Part shown: positions 51,510-61,093 of the stretch, piece after piece | How positions within the stretch are numbered: position 1 is the stretch's first letter | How the letters are laid out: every line of letters starts with the position of its first letter | DNA from: Fimbriimonadales bacterium | Lineage (GTDB): Bacteria; Armatimonadota; Fimbriimonadia; Fimbriimonadales; ATM1 | Reading direction: 5' to 3' | DNA length: 64,000 bases | Assembly (NCBI GenBank): GCA_051003155.1 | Contig: JBPCLO010000008.1 | Span: 1 to 64,000 of the forward strand | Made by a program: the position numbers and the translations under genes | The notes under the pieces: model-generated | What the model was told of the DNA's origin: nothing | The model's input: the letters and a program-made list of their open reading frames with translations, nothing else | Databases searched by the model: none

Positions 51510-52043
51510 ATGTTTCGCTCTACCACAGTCATCGGCGTTGTTCGAGATGGCGCCGTCGCGGTAGCGGCCGACGGCCAAGTCACGCTCGGCGATGCGGGCA
51601 CGATCGTTAAGCACACTGCCAAGAAGGTCCGCAAGCTGACGGGCGGCAAGGTGATTGCGGGCTTCGCGGGAAGCGTCGCCGATGCGCAGGCCCTTCAAGA
51701 CCGCTTCGAGAAGAAGCTCGAGCAGTACGCGGGGAACCTCAAACGAGCCGCCGTGGAGTTTGCCAAGGACTGGCGGACGGACAAAATCCTGAGAAACCTC
51801 AACGCCATGATGCTCGTCGCGGAGCCGGGAACGGTGCTTCTCGTTTCAGGAGACGGCAACGTGATCGAGCCGGATGACGGGGTTGCAGGCATCGGCTCGG
51901 GCGGCCCGTTCGCCCTCGCCGCGGCGAGGGCGCTCATGCAGCACACCAAGATGTCGGCGGAGGAAATCGCCAGGGAGAGCCTCATGATCGCCAGCGAGAT
52001 TTGCATCTACACCAACGACAAGATCGTGATCGAGACTCTGTAG
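51510..52043 (+). CDS. hslV: ATP-dependent protease subunit HslV
   Basis: [26 protein letters not shown] and IGSGG motifs. Confidence 0.97.
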   Translation: MFRSTTVIGVVRDGAVAVAADGQVTLGDAGTIVKHTAKKVRKLTGGKVIAGFAGSVADAQALQDRFEKKLEQYAGNLKRAAVEFAKDWRTDKILRNLNAMMLVAEPGTVLLVSGDGNVIEPDDGVAGIGSGGPFALAAARALMQHTKMSAEEIARESLMIASEICIYTNDKIVIETL

Positions 52044-52148
52044 TTGCGAATCATCTCCTCATCCTCGGAGAGATGAGGAGAGCTATGGCCGATTAACGGA
52101 GCCCTCACCCGGTTGGCAATTTCACCCGACTTTTCCGGAAGAGGTGAT

Positions 52149-52778
52149 CTAGAAAGCCATGCCCTCATAGTCTCGCATTAGGCCGACGACCTTGCCGATG
52201 ATGCGGGCGTCTTCCTGTTTCACGGAAATGGGCTCGTAATCGGGGTTGCTGGGCATCAGCTTTACGTCCGACGGGCCGAAGCGAATGCGCTTTACCGTCG
52301 CTTCATCTCCCAGAAGGACGGCGACCAGATCGCCGTGGCGCGCGGTTTCCTGGGGCTTTATGATCACTAGATCGCGAGGCAGTATTCCTTCCCCGCTCAT
52401 CGAGTCCCCGCGAACTCGGAGCAAGAAAGAGCCCGCGATGTTCCGTACCATCTCGGAAGGCACCGGCACGAGGCCCTCGACGTTCTGGTCCGCAAGGATC
52501 GGGCTGCCTGCGGCAATCGTTCCCAACAGCGGGATCATGCGAACGTTGTTGGCAGGCTTGTACGCAGGGTGAATGATCTGGATCGAGCGCGGAGTCTTGC
52601 CACGCGCGATGTACCCCTTCCGGCTCAGCGCGTCGAGATGGACAGTCACCCCACGAAGGCTGTCGATGTTGAAGTTCTTTCCGATCTCCCTGATCGACGG
52701 CGGGTAGCCGTTATCCTGAAGATAATCGAGCACAAACTGCAGAACTGATTCTTGGCGATGCGTGAGTCCTTTTGTCAT
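52149..52778 (-). CDS. lexA: SOS repressor LexA
   Basis: GYPPSIREI wHTH; IAAG cleavage site; GDSM and ATVK catalytic dyad. Confidence 0.97.
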   Translation of the reverse strand: MTKGLTHRQESVLQFVLDYLQDNGYPPSIREIGKNFNIDSLRGVTVHLDALSRKGYIARGKTPRSIQIIHPAYKPANNVRMIPLLGTIAAGSPILADQNVEGLVPVPSEMVRNIAGSFLLRVRGDSMSGEGILPRDLVIIKPQETARHGDLVAVLLGDEATVKRIRFGPSDVKLMPSNPDYEPISVKQEDARIIGKVVGLMRDYEGMAF

Positions 52779-52802
52779 ACTATCATCCGCTCCATGGGTG
52801 CA

Positions 52803-52832
52803 TTTTACACATACTTCTGTCTACCGGTCAAT
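52803..52832 (-). promoter_or_regulatory. lexA promoter with an overlapping imperfect palindrome (candidate SOS box)
   Basis: TTGACC-18 bp-TAAAAT; TACACA-tacttc-TGTCTA at 52806-52823. Confidence 0.55.
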
Positions 52833-52918
52833 GCCTAAAGACGTAGATATGAACCGCAAAGGTGCAGGTGTCGTGTCATAATCGGCGACAACTTACTTTT
52901 TCAGGGAGCCTTTTACTT

Positions 52919-54766
52919 TTGTCCATCACAAAACTTCGCGGTTGTTTTAGCTATGCCGGTCCACCCGTGGCCATACTTGTGGGCCTTGTGCTCATAGTCG
53001 GATTCCTCTGGCAAGGGCAACAAGGCGACGGCGCGGTAAACCAGGCGTCCGGAGCCGCCATGGGCCCACCGGCATTTACGCTGGATGGCTACAGCATCCA
53101 TCAGGGGGAAATTCGCAACGCTGTGGAGGCTCAGCGCAAACAGCTCACGATGCAAAAGACCCAGGCTGGCCAGCTCCCGGAGCTAACCCCTGCGGAGTCA
53201 CTCGGGCTTTACACCCAGGCAGCAAGCGGCGCATTGGACCAAGCCGTGACAATGGTTCTGGCCAAGAAGCAAGGAATAGTGGTGTCCGACGAAGAGCTTT
53301 CGAACTGGGTATTGCAAATGGAGAAAGATCAGATTGCCGGGTCGCAACAGACGTTCGATATGATCAAGCAGTTCCAGGTTTCGGCGGCGCAGCAGAGGTT
53401 GGATGCCGCGAAGAAGAAGGACGCCAACTCGGCGGAAACCAAGGAAGCCACAAAGGCGCTCGATGAAGTCACCAAGATTACTTTCGAGGAGAACTTCAAG
53501 GGCCAATCCGGAGGCCTCACGCCCGACCAGTACGTCGCAAGCCTAACGGAAACGCTTCCCAAGCGATTGGGCGATCCGTTGTTCCGCCGTGCTGCCGAAG
53601 CCGGCGCTGCCCACGCTGAACTGACCGCCAAGTATGCCGAGAGAGTGGACGCTTCGGACGGGGCCCTAAAGATGACCTACGACAAGTTCGTCTACCACCA
53701 GATCGGGATTACCGAAGCTGGCGCAGAGGCGAAGGCGGCCGAGGTCCTCAAAAAGATTCGCGAGGGAATGGACTTCAAGGAGGCCGCCCGGCAGTTCACC
53801 GACCTCAAAGATGCCAAAGGCAATGCTAACCTCGACGAGGTGACCCAGCCACGGTTCGACTTGATGAGCAACGCGGACTACGCCGGGCTCCTGATGCTCA
53901 AGCCCGGCGAGGTGAGCGATGTCGCAACCATCGGCGAAAGCGCGTACATCTATAAGCTCAGCCAGGTCAAGCCGGACGTTCCCAAGGATTTCGACAAATT
54001 GAAGCAGGAGCGCGCCAAGACACTAAAGCAGCGCGTTTCCCAAGCCGAAGTCGCCAAGGCAACGGAGGCGGCGACGGAAGCGGCTAAAAAGAATGTGGTT
54101 TGGAAGGACCCCGCATGGAAGCTCGTGGCCGACTATGCGCAGTTCCAGCAGAGCGGTGGGCTTACGAAAGCCGAAAAGCTCAAGACCCTGAAGGACTTCT
54201 TAACCCGGTCAAAGGGCGTCACCACGGACAGCCCAGACATCCCAGTGCTGGTTCGCTACGCGGTGATCAACCAGCTCGACGTCGAACTTCCCGAAGGGGA
54301 TGAAAAGAAAAAACTGAAGGCTGACTTGCTCGACTCGTACTCGCTCGTCATCGACATAGCCCCGTCGACCGATTTGAGGTTTCAGTACGTGGAGGAGCTA
54401 ATTCGAGCGGGCCAAGGCGACAAAGCGCTTGAGATTCTGCTTGACAACGCGCAGGCGGCCGCGCCTCCAGGTCCGCAGACTGCGCCCATCATCGCGCGCG
54501 TCGAAGAGCTTCTGCCACGTGCGGCTAACCTGGCCACCAAGGGCACCGATGTGGTAGACCAGGTACAAAAAGAGATAACAGGATGGCGAACAGAAGAAGC
54601 AGAGTCGAAGAAGGCGGCAGAAGAGATCAAACGGGAGAACGAGAAGCTGGAAGAAGAGCTTCGCAAGAAGGAGGCCGCCGAGAAGGCGAACTCTTCAGGG
54701 GCCAAACCTCCGACCGCCACACCGCCGACCCCAGCGCCGACACCGCCGTCCAATCCGGGCGGATAG
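52919..54766 (+). CDS. Membrane-anchored SurA/PpiD-like chaperone/peptidylprolyl isomerase
   Basis: N-terminal TM, SurA-N-like helices, parvulin-like GMDFKEAARQFT...LKPGEVSD; Pro-rich tail. Confidence 0.7.
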   Translation: MSITKLRGCFSYAGPPVAILVGLVLIVGFLWQGQQGDGAVNQASGAAMGPPAFTLDGYSIHQGEIRNAVEAQRKQLTMQKTQAGQLPELTPAESLGLYTQAASGALDQAVTMVLAKKQGIVVSDEELSNWVLQMEKDQIAGSQQTFDMIKQFQVSAAQQRLDAAKKKDANSAETKEATKALDEVTKITFEENFKGQSGGLTPDQYVASLTETLPKRLGDPLFRRAAEAGAAHAELTAKYAERVDASDGALKMTYDKFVYHQIGITEAGAEAKAAEVLKKIREGMDFKEAARQFTDLKDAKGNANLDEVTQPRFDLMSNADYAGLLMLKPGEVSDVATIGESAYIYKLSQVKPDVPKDFDKLKQERAKTLKQRVSQAEVAKATEAATEAAKKNVVWKDPAWKLVADYAQFQQSGGLTKAEKLKTLKDFLTRSKGVTTDSPDIPVLVRYAVINQLDVELPEGDEKKKLKADLLDSYSLVIDIAPSTDLRFQYVEELIRAGQGDKALEILLDNAQAAAPPGPQTAPIIARVEELLPRAANLATKGTDVVDQVQKEITGWRTEEAESKKAAEEIKRENEKLEEELRKKEAAEKANSSGAKPPTATPPTPAPTPPSNPGG

Positions 54767-54768
54767 TC

Positions 54769-55440
54769 TTGATCGCCACCCCGATTGGCAACTTGGGCGA
54801 CCTGTCTCCCAGGGCGATCGAATCGTTGCAAACCGCAGACCTCGTGGCTGCGGAAGACACTCGCATCACGGGAAAACTCCTGACATTGAAAGGCATCAAG
54901 AAACCCTTCGTTCGAATCGACGAGCACACGGATAGGAACCGCCTCGAAGACCTGGTTCGCCAAGCTGCGTCAGGCAAAATCATTGCTCTTGCCACCGACG
55001 CCGGCACCCCCGGCATTAGCGATCCGGGTGTGGAACTCGTCGAGGTTGCATACGAGTTCGGCGTGCAGATCGATGCCATTCCGGGGCCGTCCGCGGTTAC
55101 GAACGCGCTCGCGCTGAGCGGGTTCTTCGCGCAAAAGTACACTTTCCTCGGGTTCCTGTCTAAAAAGCCGGGGTCGTTGCGCTCCGAACTTGAGTCTTAT
55201 TTAACATCAAGCATGACACTGGTGTTCTTCGAGTCGCCGCATCGGATCGGAAAGACGTTGAAGGCAGTTGTCGAAACGTTGGGAGATCGCCGTGTTGCGG
55301 TGTGCAGGGAAATGACGAAGCTTCACCAAGACGTTCGTCGCGGTAGAATATCTGAAGTTGTGGAGACGAACCTTGCGGTGAAGGGCGAATACACGGTCGT
55401 GGTCGAGGGATTTAGGCGTGGGGTTGCGCGAGCCGACTAG
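54769..55440 (+). CDS. rsmI: 16S rRNA C1402 2'-O-methyltransferase
   Basis: ATPIGNLGD, AEDTR, DAGTPGISDPG, FESPHR and REMTK motifs; start codon uncertain. Confidence 0.95.
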   Translation: MIATPIGNLGDLSPRAIESLQTADLVAAEDTRITGKLLTLKGIKKPFVRIDEHTDRNRLEDLVRQAASGKIIALATDAGTPGISDPGVELVEVAYEFGVQIDAIPGPSAVTNALALSGFFAQKYTFLGFLSKKPGSLRSELESYLTSSMTLVFFESPHRIGKTLKAVVETLGDRRVAVCREMTKLHQDVRRGRISEVVETNLAVKGEYTVVVEGFRRGVARAD

Positions 55441-55543
55441 ATTTGCTACAATAGACGCAATGCCGGGCAACCGGTCTGCGACTGAACCAAGGAGGGTACA
55501 GATGGCAACGATTGCTCGAAACTTACAATTTAGGAGTGTTCCA

Positions 55544-56476
55544 ATGCGCAATCTATTTCTGGCGCTGTTATTGCTGATAGGTACGGTAGCGACTTGTTTC
55601 GCGCAGAGTACTCTGGATCCGTATCGCCTGAAGGTCGAAGACGTTGTCGCAATCCGAGTATTTGGGGAGGCTGACATGAGCGTAGACGGCCCGATCAATT
55701 TCGACGGGACGATCAGCGTGCCTTTCCTTGGCTTCGTCAGGGCCGCCGGGAGAACGACTCCTGAACTCGAGAAGTTTATCCGCGATGAACTCAAGAGTCA
55801 GCAATATTTTGTCGACCCACAAGTGACTGTCAACGTGATCCAGTTCAAGCCCCTGCGTGCGAGCGTTGTCGGTGGTGTCATTCGGCCAGGCGAATTCACC
55901 TACAAGCCTGGGGACCGAGTCCTTGGCTTAATTACTCAAGCGCAGGGTCCGCAGTTCAACCGAGCAAATCTCAGGAAGGCGACCCTCGTGCGCAAAGGCA
56001 GCATGGAACAGATTCCGCTCGACCTGCACTCGATGCTTACCCGCGGAGATCTTTCTCAGAACTTCGAGCTCCACGACGGTGACATTATCAATATTCCGGA
56101 AACTCGAACCAACCGGGTGAGTGTTATAGGTCTTGTGCAGCGGCCAGGGCAGTTCGATTGGTTCGAGGGGATGACGCTGGCGGACGCGGTATCGGGCGCC
56201 GGTGGTGAGATTCCCTATCGCAGCCGCATGTCGGCTGTTCAGGTGCAGCGGGTGGTGCCGGGCCGAGAATACGCTTACACGCGCTTCTCCGTCGACTTCA
56301 CAAAGTTCACTTCGAAGAATGATTTCACGCAGAACATTGCCCTGGAGCCGGGTGATGTTATTTTTGTGCCGAGCTCGAAGAGTTTGGATATCAATCAGCT
56401 GTCTCAATACGCGAGCGTTGCGTTCACCGTCGCGAGCCTGCTGAACGGAAACTTCTCCTTCTTCCCGAGATTCTAG
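55544..56476 (+). CDS. Polysaccharide export protein (Wza-like, Poly_export plus SLBB domains)
   Basis: DGTISVPFLG, VDPQVTV, GGVIRPG, GLVQRPG and LEPGDVIFVP motifs. Confidence 0.9.
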   Translation: MRNLFLALLLLIGTVATCFAQSTLDPYRLKVEDVVAIRVFGEADMSVDGPINFDGTISVPFLGFVRAAGRTTPELEKFIRDELKSQQYFVDPQVTVNVIQFKPLRASVVGGVIRPGEFTYKPGDRVLGLITQAQGPQFNRANLRKATLVRKGSMEQIPLDLHSMLTRGDLSQNFELHDGDIINIPETRTNRVSVIGLVQRPGQFDWFEGMTLADAVSGAGGEIPYRSRMSAVQVQRVVPGREYAYTRFSVDFTKFTSKNDFTQNIALEPGDVIFVPSSKSLDINQLSQYASVAFTVASLLNGNFSFFPRF

Positions 56477-56492
56477 CTGGAGGCATATGTAA

Positions 56493-58673
56493 TTGGGACG
56501 CGGTAAATTCCTTCGATCTTTGAAGCAGCGATGGTGGCTGTTACTTCTCCTTGTTATTCCCGCAACGCTGGGAACACTTTTCTGGACGATCTACTCGCCG
56601 GCCAAGTACGAGGCGTTTATGACGCTCGCGGACAGGCGACCATCGGACATCGGCCAAACGGTTCTTTACCAGGATGAACTTATCGGGCGAGCCGTCAACG
56701 ACCAGGAGATTCGAGTTCTCAACCTGGCCAACACCATCAGCTCCTATACGGTTCTCAAAACCGCCTATGACGAGCTCGGCGCCACGGGGGTAATCGACAA
56801 GAATAAAGTGGACGAAGCCGAGTTCGTCAACAAGGTGTCCGTCAACCCACTGCGTGGTACTGAATATCTCCAGGTTAGCTACGTGGCTAACGAGCCAAAG
56901 ACGGCTCGCTCCGTCATCGACACCATCCACCGGAAGTTTATGTCCCGCTATCGCCAGCTAAGCGCGGACATTTCTACCCTGCGCACCAAATTTGTCCAAG
57001 AGCAGCTCAAGGCCGCACAAGCTTCGTATGCGGAGAAGCTGCAGAAGCAGCAGGAGTTTCAAGAGAGGCACCCTGGCGGCATCGCCTACGATGCCAGTAC
57101 GCAAGGACTCGTCATGCAACTCGGTCAGGCCAAGGTCCGCTATGCGGAAGCGCAGCGAAGCAGCGCCGCCGCTCAGGGCCAGTTCAACACGGCCAGCGAG
57201 CAGCTTAAAAGCGACGATATCAAGCAGCCGTTCAAAACGGTCACCGAAATTCTTAACCCGGTCTACAGTTCCATCAGCGACCGAATCGCCGAAAGCGAAT
57301 CGACCTTGAAGGGTTTGCGCGAGCGCTACGGCATGAAGCACCCCAGAGTCGTGGGCGTCCAAACGTCGATCGACGAGGACCGATCGCTGCTTGCAAAAAC
57401 CGACCGCATCTACAAAATCGGTCAAGAGCCCCGTTTGTCACCTGTGCAAATCGAGGCAACCCAGGCCAAATTCGCTGCGGAACGCGCAATGAGTTCTTCC
57501 GCCAAGGAGATGCAGAACGCCGAAGGCGCGATCGCGCAGATCAAGTCCCAGCTCGACCAACTCCCGGCGGTCCAAAAGGAACTGACCGGCCTCCAGGCCG
57601 AACTCCAAGCCGAGGCGGACAGCGTGCGAAACCTCACCCAGAAGCTCGGCGAGTCGACGGTTCGTCAGGCGCAGAACGAAAACCCGACCATCTACATGCT
57701 CGACGACCCGCAGTTTAGGGAAGTGCCGCGAAACACGGCGCTCAAAACTCTAATCGCGCTCTTCCTTTCGTCGATCGTCGCGGTTTCGCTTATTGCCAGC
57801 CTCGGCCAGGTCGACCAAGGTACGTACACGCCGATCGAGGCGGAGAACAGCCTTGGCTTCCCGGTTATCGCGGTTCTGCCCAGGAGCGGGCAGCAGCGGC
57901 TCAGCACCGGTGTGGAGCAGGCGACCGCCCTCGCGGCCAGCTACCAAATCCTTTCCACGGAAATCATGGCCGTCAAGGAAAAGCTGGCCGGTCCAGGCAT
58001 ATTGGTTGCCGCTGCCGAGCCTAATGCGGGCCGGTCTACAGTCTCGGCGAACCTTGCCATCAGCTTGGCGAGGGACGGCGCGCGCGTTCTGCTCATCGAT
58101 TCCGACCTCCGGGCTCCCAGCCTGCACACGCACTTCGGCCTAGAGAACCGTGCCGGCCTCGCAGAAATCCTGCAGGGGGCGGCCACCGTGGAGAACGTTG
58201 TGCAACCAACCGGCGTCGACGGCCTTCTCTTCATCGCAGCCGGCCAACCGCCGGTCAACCCCGTCAAGCTGTTCCACGGCGAAGGCATCGACCAGTTCAT
58301 CGAACTCGTCAGCAAAGGTGCGGACTACATCATTTTCGACAGCCCCGCGGGTAGCACTTTTGGCGATGCGGCCGTTCTCGCGATGAACGTCCAGAACGTG
58401 GTCCTTGTGCACGAGGCCGGCCGGCCGCCGAGTGTTTCCGAATACGAATTCCACAAATCGCTGGAGCGCCTCGGCGTGAACGTCATCGGAATGGTGTTGA
58501 ACAAGGCTCGCCAAGACGATTGCCCGGCCTACCAACACTTTCGACGCAATTACGAGTCGACTCTCGGAAGCTACCATCCTGGCGCCGCCCCCGCCGCCCT
58601 CGGTTCGGGCGACAAGCCCGTTCGAGACAAGACGGACCAATACGGGGCGCAACGCGGCGAGGACGACGAGTAA
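56493..58673 (+). CDS. Wzc-like polysaccharide co-polymerase / BY-kinase
   Basis: TM-coiled coil-TM architecture, HPRV, then NAGRST (variant Walker A), LLIDSDLR and IIFDSP. Confidence 0.88.
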   Translation: MGRGKFLRSLKQRWWLLLLLVIPATLGTLFWTIYSPAKYEAFMTLADRRPSDIGQTVLYQDELIGRAVNDQEIRVLNLANTISSYTVLKTAYDELGATGVIDKNKVDEAEFVNKVSVNPLRGTEYLQVSYVANEPKTARSVIDTIHRKFMSRYRQLSADISTLRTKFVQEQLKAAQASYAEKLQKQQEFQERHPGGIAYDASTQGLVMQLGQAKVRYAEAQRSSAAAQGQFNTASEQLKSDDIKQPFKTVTEILNPVYSSISDRIAESESTLKGLRERYGMKHPRVVGVQTSIDEDRSLLAKTDRIYKIGQEPRLSPVQIEATQAKFAAERAMSSSAKEMQNAEGAIAQIKSQLDQLPAVQKELTGLQAELQAEADSVRNLTQKLGESTVRQAQNENPTIYMLDDPQFREVPRNTALKTLIALFLSSIVAVSLIASLGQVDQGTYTPIEAENSLGFPVIAVLPRSGQQRLSTGVEQATALAASYQILSTEIMAVKEKLAGPGILVAAAEPNAGRSTVSANLAISLARDGARVLLIDSDLRAPSLHTHFGLENRAGLAEILQGAATVENVVQPTGVDGLLFIAAGQPPVNPVKLFHGEGIDQFIELVSKGADYIIFDSPAGSTFGDAAVLAMNVQNVVLVHEAGRPPSVSEYEFHKSLERLGVNVIGMVLNKARQDDCPAYQHFRRNYESTLGSYHPGAAPAALGSGDKPVRDKTDQYGAQRGEDDE

Positions 58674-58700
58674 GAAGGTCCCGATCGTGGGTCGTTCCGC

Positions 58701-59366
58701 ATGAAGAGTCAGACTCCGATCAGATCGACGTACGCGACCCACATCCCTCAGGTGCGGGTCGCGTACGCTCTTTGGAAGCGGGTCCTAGACGTCGTCGGTA
58801 GCATCGTTCTCATCGCCCTTCTTTCGCCAGTGCTGGCAGCTATCGCGCTGCTGGTTAAATTTACGAGTCAAGGAAGGGTCATCTACCAATCGCCGAGGAT
58901 TGGCAAGGGAGGCGTGCAGTTTCCTTTTTACAAGTTCCGGTCGATGTATGAGGATGCCGACAAAAGGTTAGGCGATCTGCTCGCGGAAGGAAGCAACGAG
59001 AAAGACGGGCCGATCTTCAAGATGAAAAATGACCCGCGAATTACGCCGATCGGAGTGTTCCTGCGCAAGTACAGCCTGGACGAACTGCCTCAACTTTTCA
59101 ACGTTCTAAAGGGCGAGATGAGCCTCGTCGGACCACGGCCACCAATCCCGCGCGAAGTGGACCAGTACGATGAGAAGGCCTTTGTTCGTCTTTGCGTGAC
59201 ACCCGGAATTACCTGCCTTTGGCAAATTTGCGGCAGAAGCGACACGACCTTCGATGAGTGGATGGCGCTCGACACTCTCTATGTCGAGCAAATGTCCTTT
59301 TGGTTGGACTTGAAGATTCTGCTCAAGACGCCCACCGCTGTTTTGCGCGGGGATGGAGCGTATTGA
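58701..59366 (+). CDS. Priming polyprenyl-phosphate sugar transferase
   Basis: KRVLD, KFRSM, DPRIT, SLDELPQL, MSLVGPRP and PGIT motifs. Confidence 0.95.
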   Translation: MKSQTPIRSTYATHIPQVRVAYALWKRVLDVVGSIVLIALLSPVLAAIALLVKFTSQGRVIYQSPRIGKGGVQFPFYKFRSMYEDADKRLGDLLAEGSNEKDGPIFKMKNDPRITPIGVFLRKYSLDELPQLFNVLKGEMSLVGPRPPIPREVDQYDEKAFVRLCVTPGITCLWQICGRSDTTFDEWMALDTLYVEQMSFWLDLKILLKTPTAVLRGDGAY

Positions 59367-59415
59367 TAACTTTTGTTGTTCTAATTTTGGAGAAGCTGTG
59401 AAGGAAGACCCTTTA

Positions 59416-60402
59416 ATGGAGCCGGCGCCGGTCGTCGAGCCCACGGACACCCGGCCGCCCTTGGACCCCGACGAGATCGAGATTCCTTTTGTAGGAATGA
59501 GGCTCGAAAGGCGGATCATGCCATGGCTCGTAGCTGCGCTGGGTGCGCTACTGCTCCTTGGTTGGTTCTTTCTTAGCAGACTTCCCTCAGTGTGGTTCGA
59601 CGAAGAAGGTTATTACTCTCATGGCCTGCTCATTCCCTTTATGGCCATCGCCGTCATCTACGCGCGCCGGGACAAAATTAGGGCGGAACCAGTCGGCAGC
59701 TCCAGCATCGGCCTGATTCTCATGATTCTGGGGCTTGCGAGCCTGCTCGCCAGCAAGGTGATCGACAACCTTTCGCTTGCAGCATTCTCGTTTATCCTCG
59801 CGACCGTCGGCGGCGTACTATTCGCATTCGGCAGGAAGATATCGAAGCACATCGTCGGTCCCGTCCTATTTCTCGTTTTCATGATGCCCGTTCTGGGCTG
59901 GGCGATCGACTCGTGGACTAACCCTCTTCAACTCGCTTCCACCAAGGTCGCCGACAAAATGCTGAATGTCGCCGGTTACGAAACCGATATGTCGCCTGCG
60001 CAGCCGACCGTCATTCACATGAACAACTATCCGCTGAACGTCGGCGGGCCCTGCAGCGGTTTCAAGCTGATCCTATCGCTCGTCGCCTTCACGTCTTTCT
60101 TCGCAATGATCTCGGGGCTTGGCTGGAAGAAGAATGCGCTGCTCTTCGCGATCACGCTCCCGCTGGCGCTCTTTGTCAACGGTTTGCGAATCATGCTCAT
60201 CGGGGCTGTCGGTGAGAGCCAGACGACCCAAACTCCGATCCTATCCTCCTTCGCCAGTTGGTTGAGAAACTACGGCGACGACGCTGGAATGGTATTTCAC
60301 GATTACAGCGGATACATCACGCTTCTAGTCTGCTTTGTGATTCTTCACTTCATTGTCAGAGCCCTCGAGGGCAGGAGGCAACCTGATGCAGTCGCGAGTT
60401 AA
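59416..60402 (+). CDS. Exosortase (EpsH family)
   Basis: YYSHGLLIP; catalytic Cys (PCSG), Arg (NGLR) and His (FHDYSG); about 8 TM. Confidence 0.93.
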   Translation: MEPAPVVEPTDTRPPLDPDEIEIPFVGMRLERRIMPWLVAALGALLLLGWFFLSRLPSVWFDEEGYYSHGLLIPFMAIAVIYARRDKIRAEPVGSSSIGLILMILGLASLLASKVIDNLSLAAFSFILATVGGVLFAFGRKISKHIVGPVLFLVFMMPVLGWAIDSWTNPLQLASTKVADKMLNVAGYETDMSPAQPTVIHMNNYPLNVGGPCSGFKLILSLVAFTSFFAMISGLGWKKNALLFAITLPLALFVNGLRIMLIGAVGESQTTQTPILSSFASWLRNYGDDAGMVFHDYSGYITLLVCFVILHFIVRALEGRRQPDAVAS

Positions 60403-61093
60403 GTTTGTCCTAGTTTTCTTTGCCTTGGCCGGCCTCGCGTCGCTGTTTTTGCACGCCAAGCAGTATCCGAAGAAATCCGAAGCATGGATGGAGGCCGTGG
60501 TTCCGGAACAGATCGACGGCTACACCTTCACCACGTCCTCGAAGCGCGATGCGACGGTGAAGATGGACCAGATGACGTACGATATCTTGGATCCGTTCGG
60601 CATCGTTGTGCGCAACTTCTCCGGAGAGGACGGCAAGAACTACGATTTCGTCGTCATCGCCGGCAACTCTCGAAAATCGTTCCACGACCCGCAAGTCTGC
60701 TTCAGCGCGCAGAACTGGCAGCTCATCGATCCCAAGCTCCAAGAGATCAATCTCCCGTCTGTCGGTGGGAAAGTCCCGGCAACGGTCATGGGATTGAAGA
60801 GGCCCGGCGCCAACGGGGTGGCTATGTACTTCTACCGAGGACCCATGGGTTGGCGTCACTCCCCAATTTATGTACCGTTCGACCTCACCTTCGCCAAGCT
60901 CTTGATGAAGGACGATGCGGATGCCCAATTCTTCCGCTTCATCATGTCCCCGGCGACAACCCCGGCAGACGCCTCGAAAAAAGCGTCCGAAAAGGCTCAC
61001 CAACAGGACATAGACTCGTTATCGAAATTCGCCGACTCCGTCTTTGAGAAGCTCAAGAGCACGGACGACGGCGGGTACTTCGTCAGCCGTTAG
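60386..61093 (+). CDS. Exosortase-associated EpsI-family protein
   Basis: N-terminal TM, PEQIDGY and FHDPQVCF motifs; adjacent to the exosortase. Confidence 0.85.
   Translation: MQSRVKFVLVFFALAGLASLFLHAKQYPKKSEAWMEAVVPEQIDGYTFTTSSKRDATVKMDQMTYDILDPFGIVVRNFSGEDGKNYDFVVIAGNSRKSFHDPQVCFSAQNWQLIDPKLQEINLPSVGGKVPATVMGLKRPGANGVAMYFYRGPMGWRHSPIYVPFDLTFAKLLMKDDADAQFFRFIMSPATTPADASKKASEKAHQQDIDSLSKFADSVFEKLKSTDDGGYFVSR

Noticed and set aside
55503..55516. TGGCAACGATTGCT as a sigma54 promoter for the EPS operon
   Set aside because: GG-to-GC spacing is 8 nt rather than the required 10.
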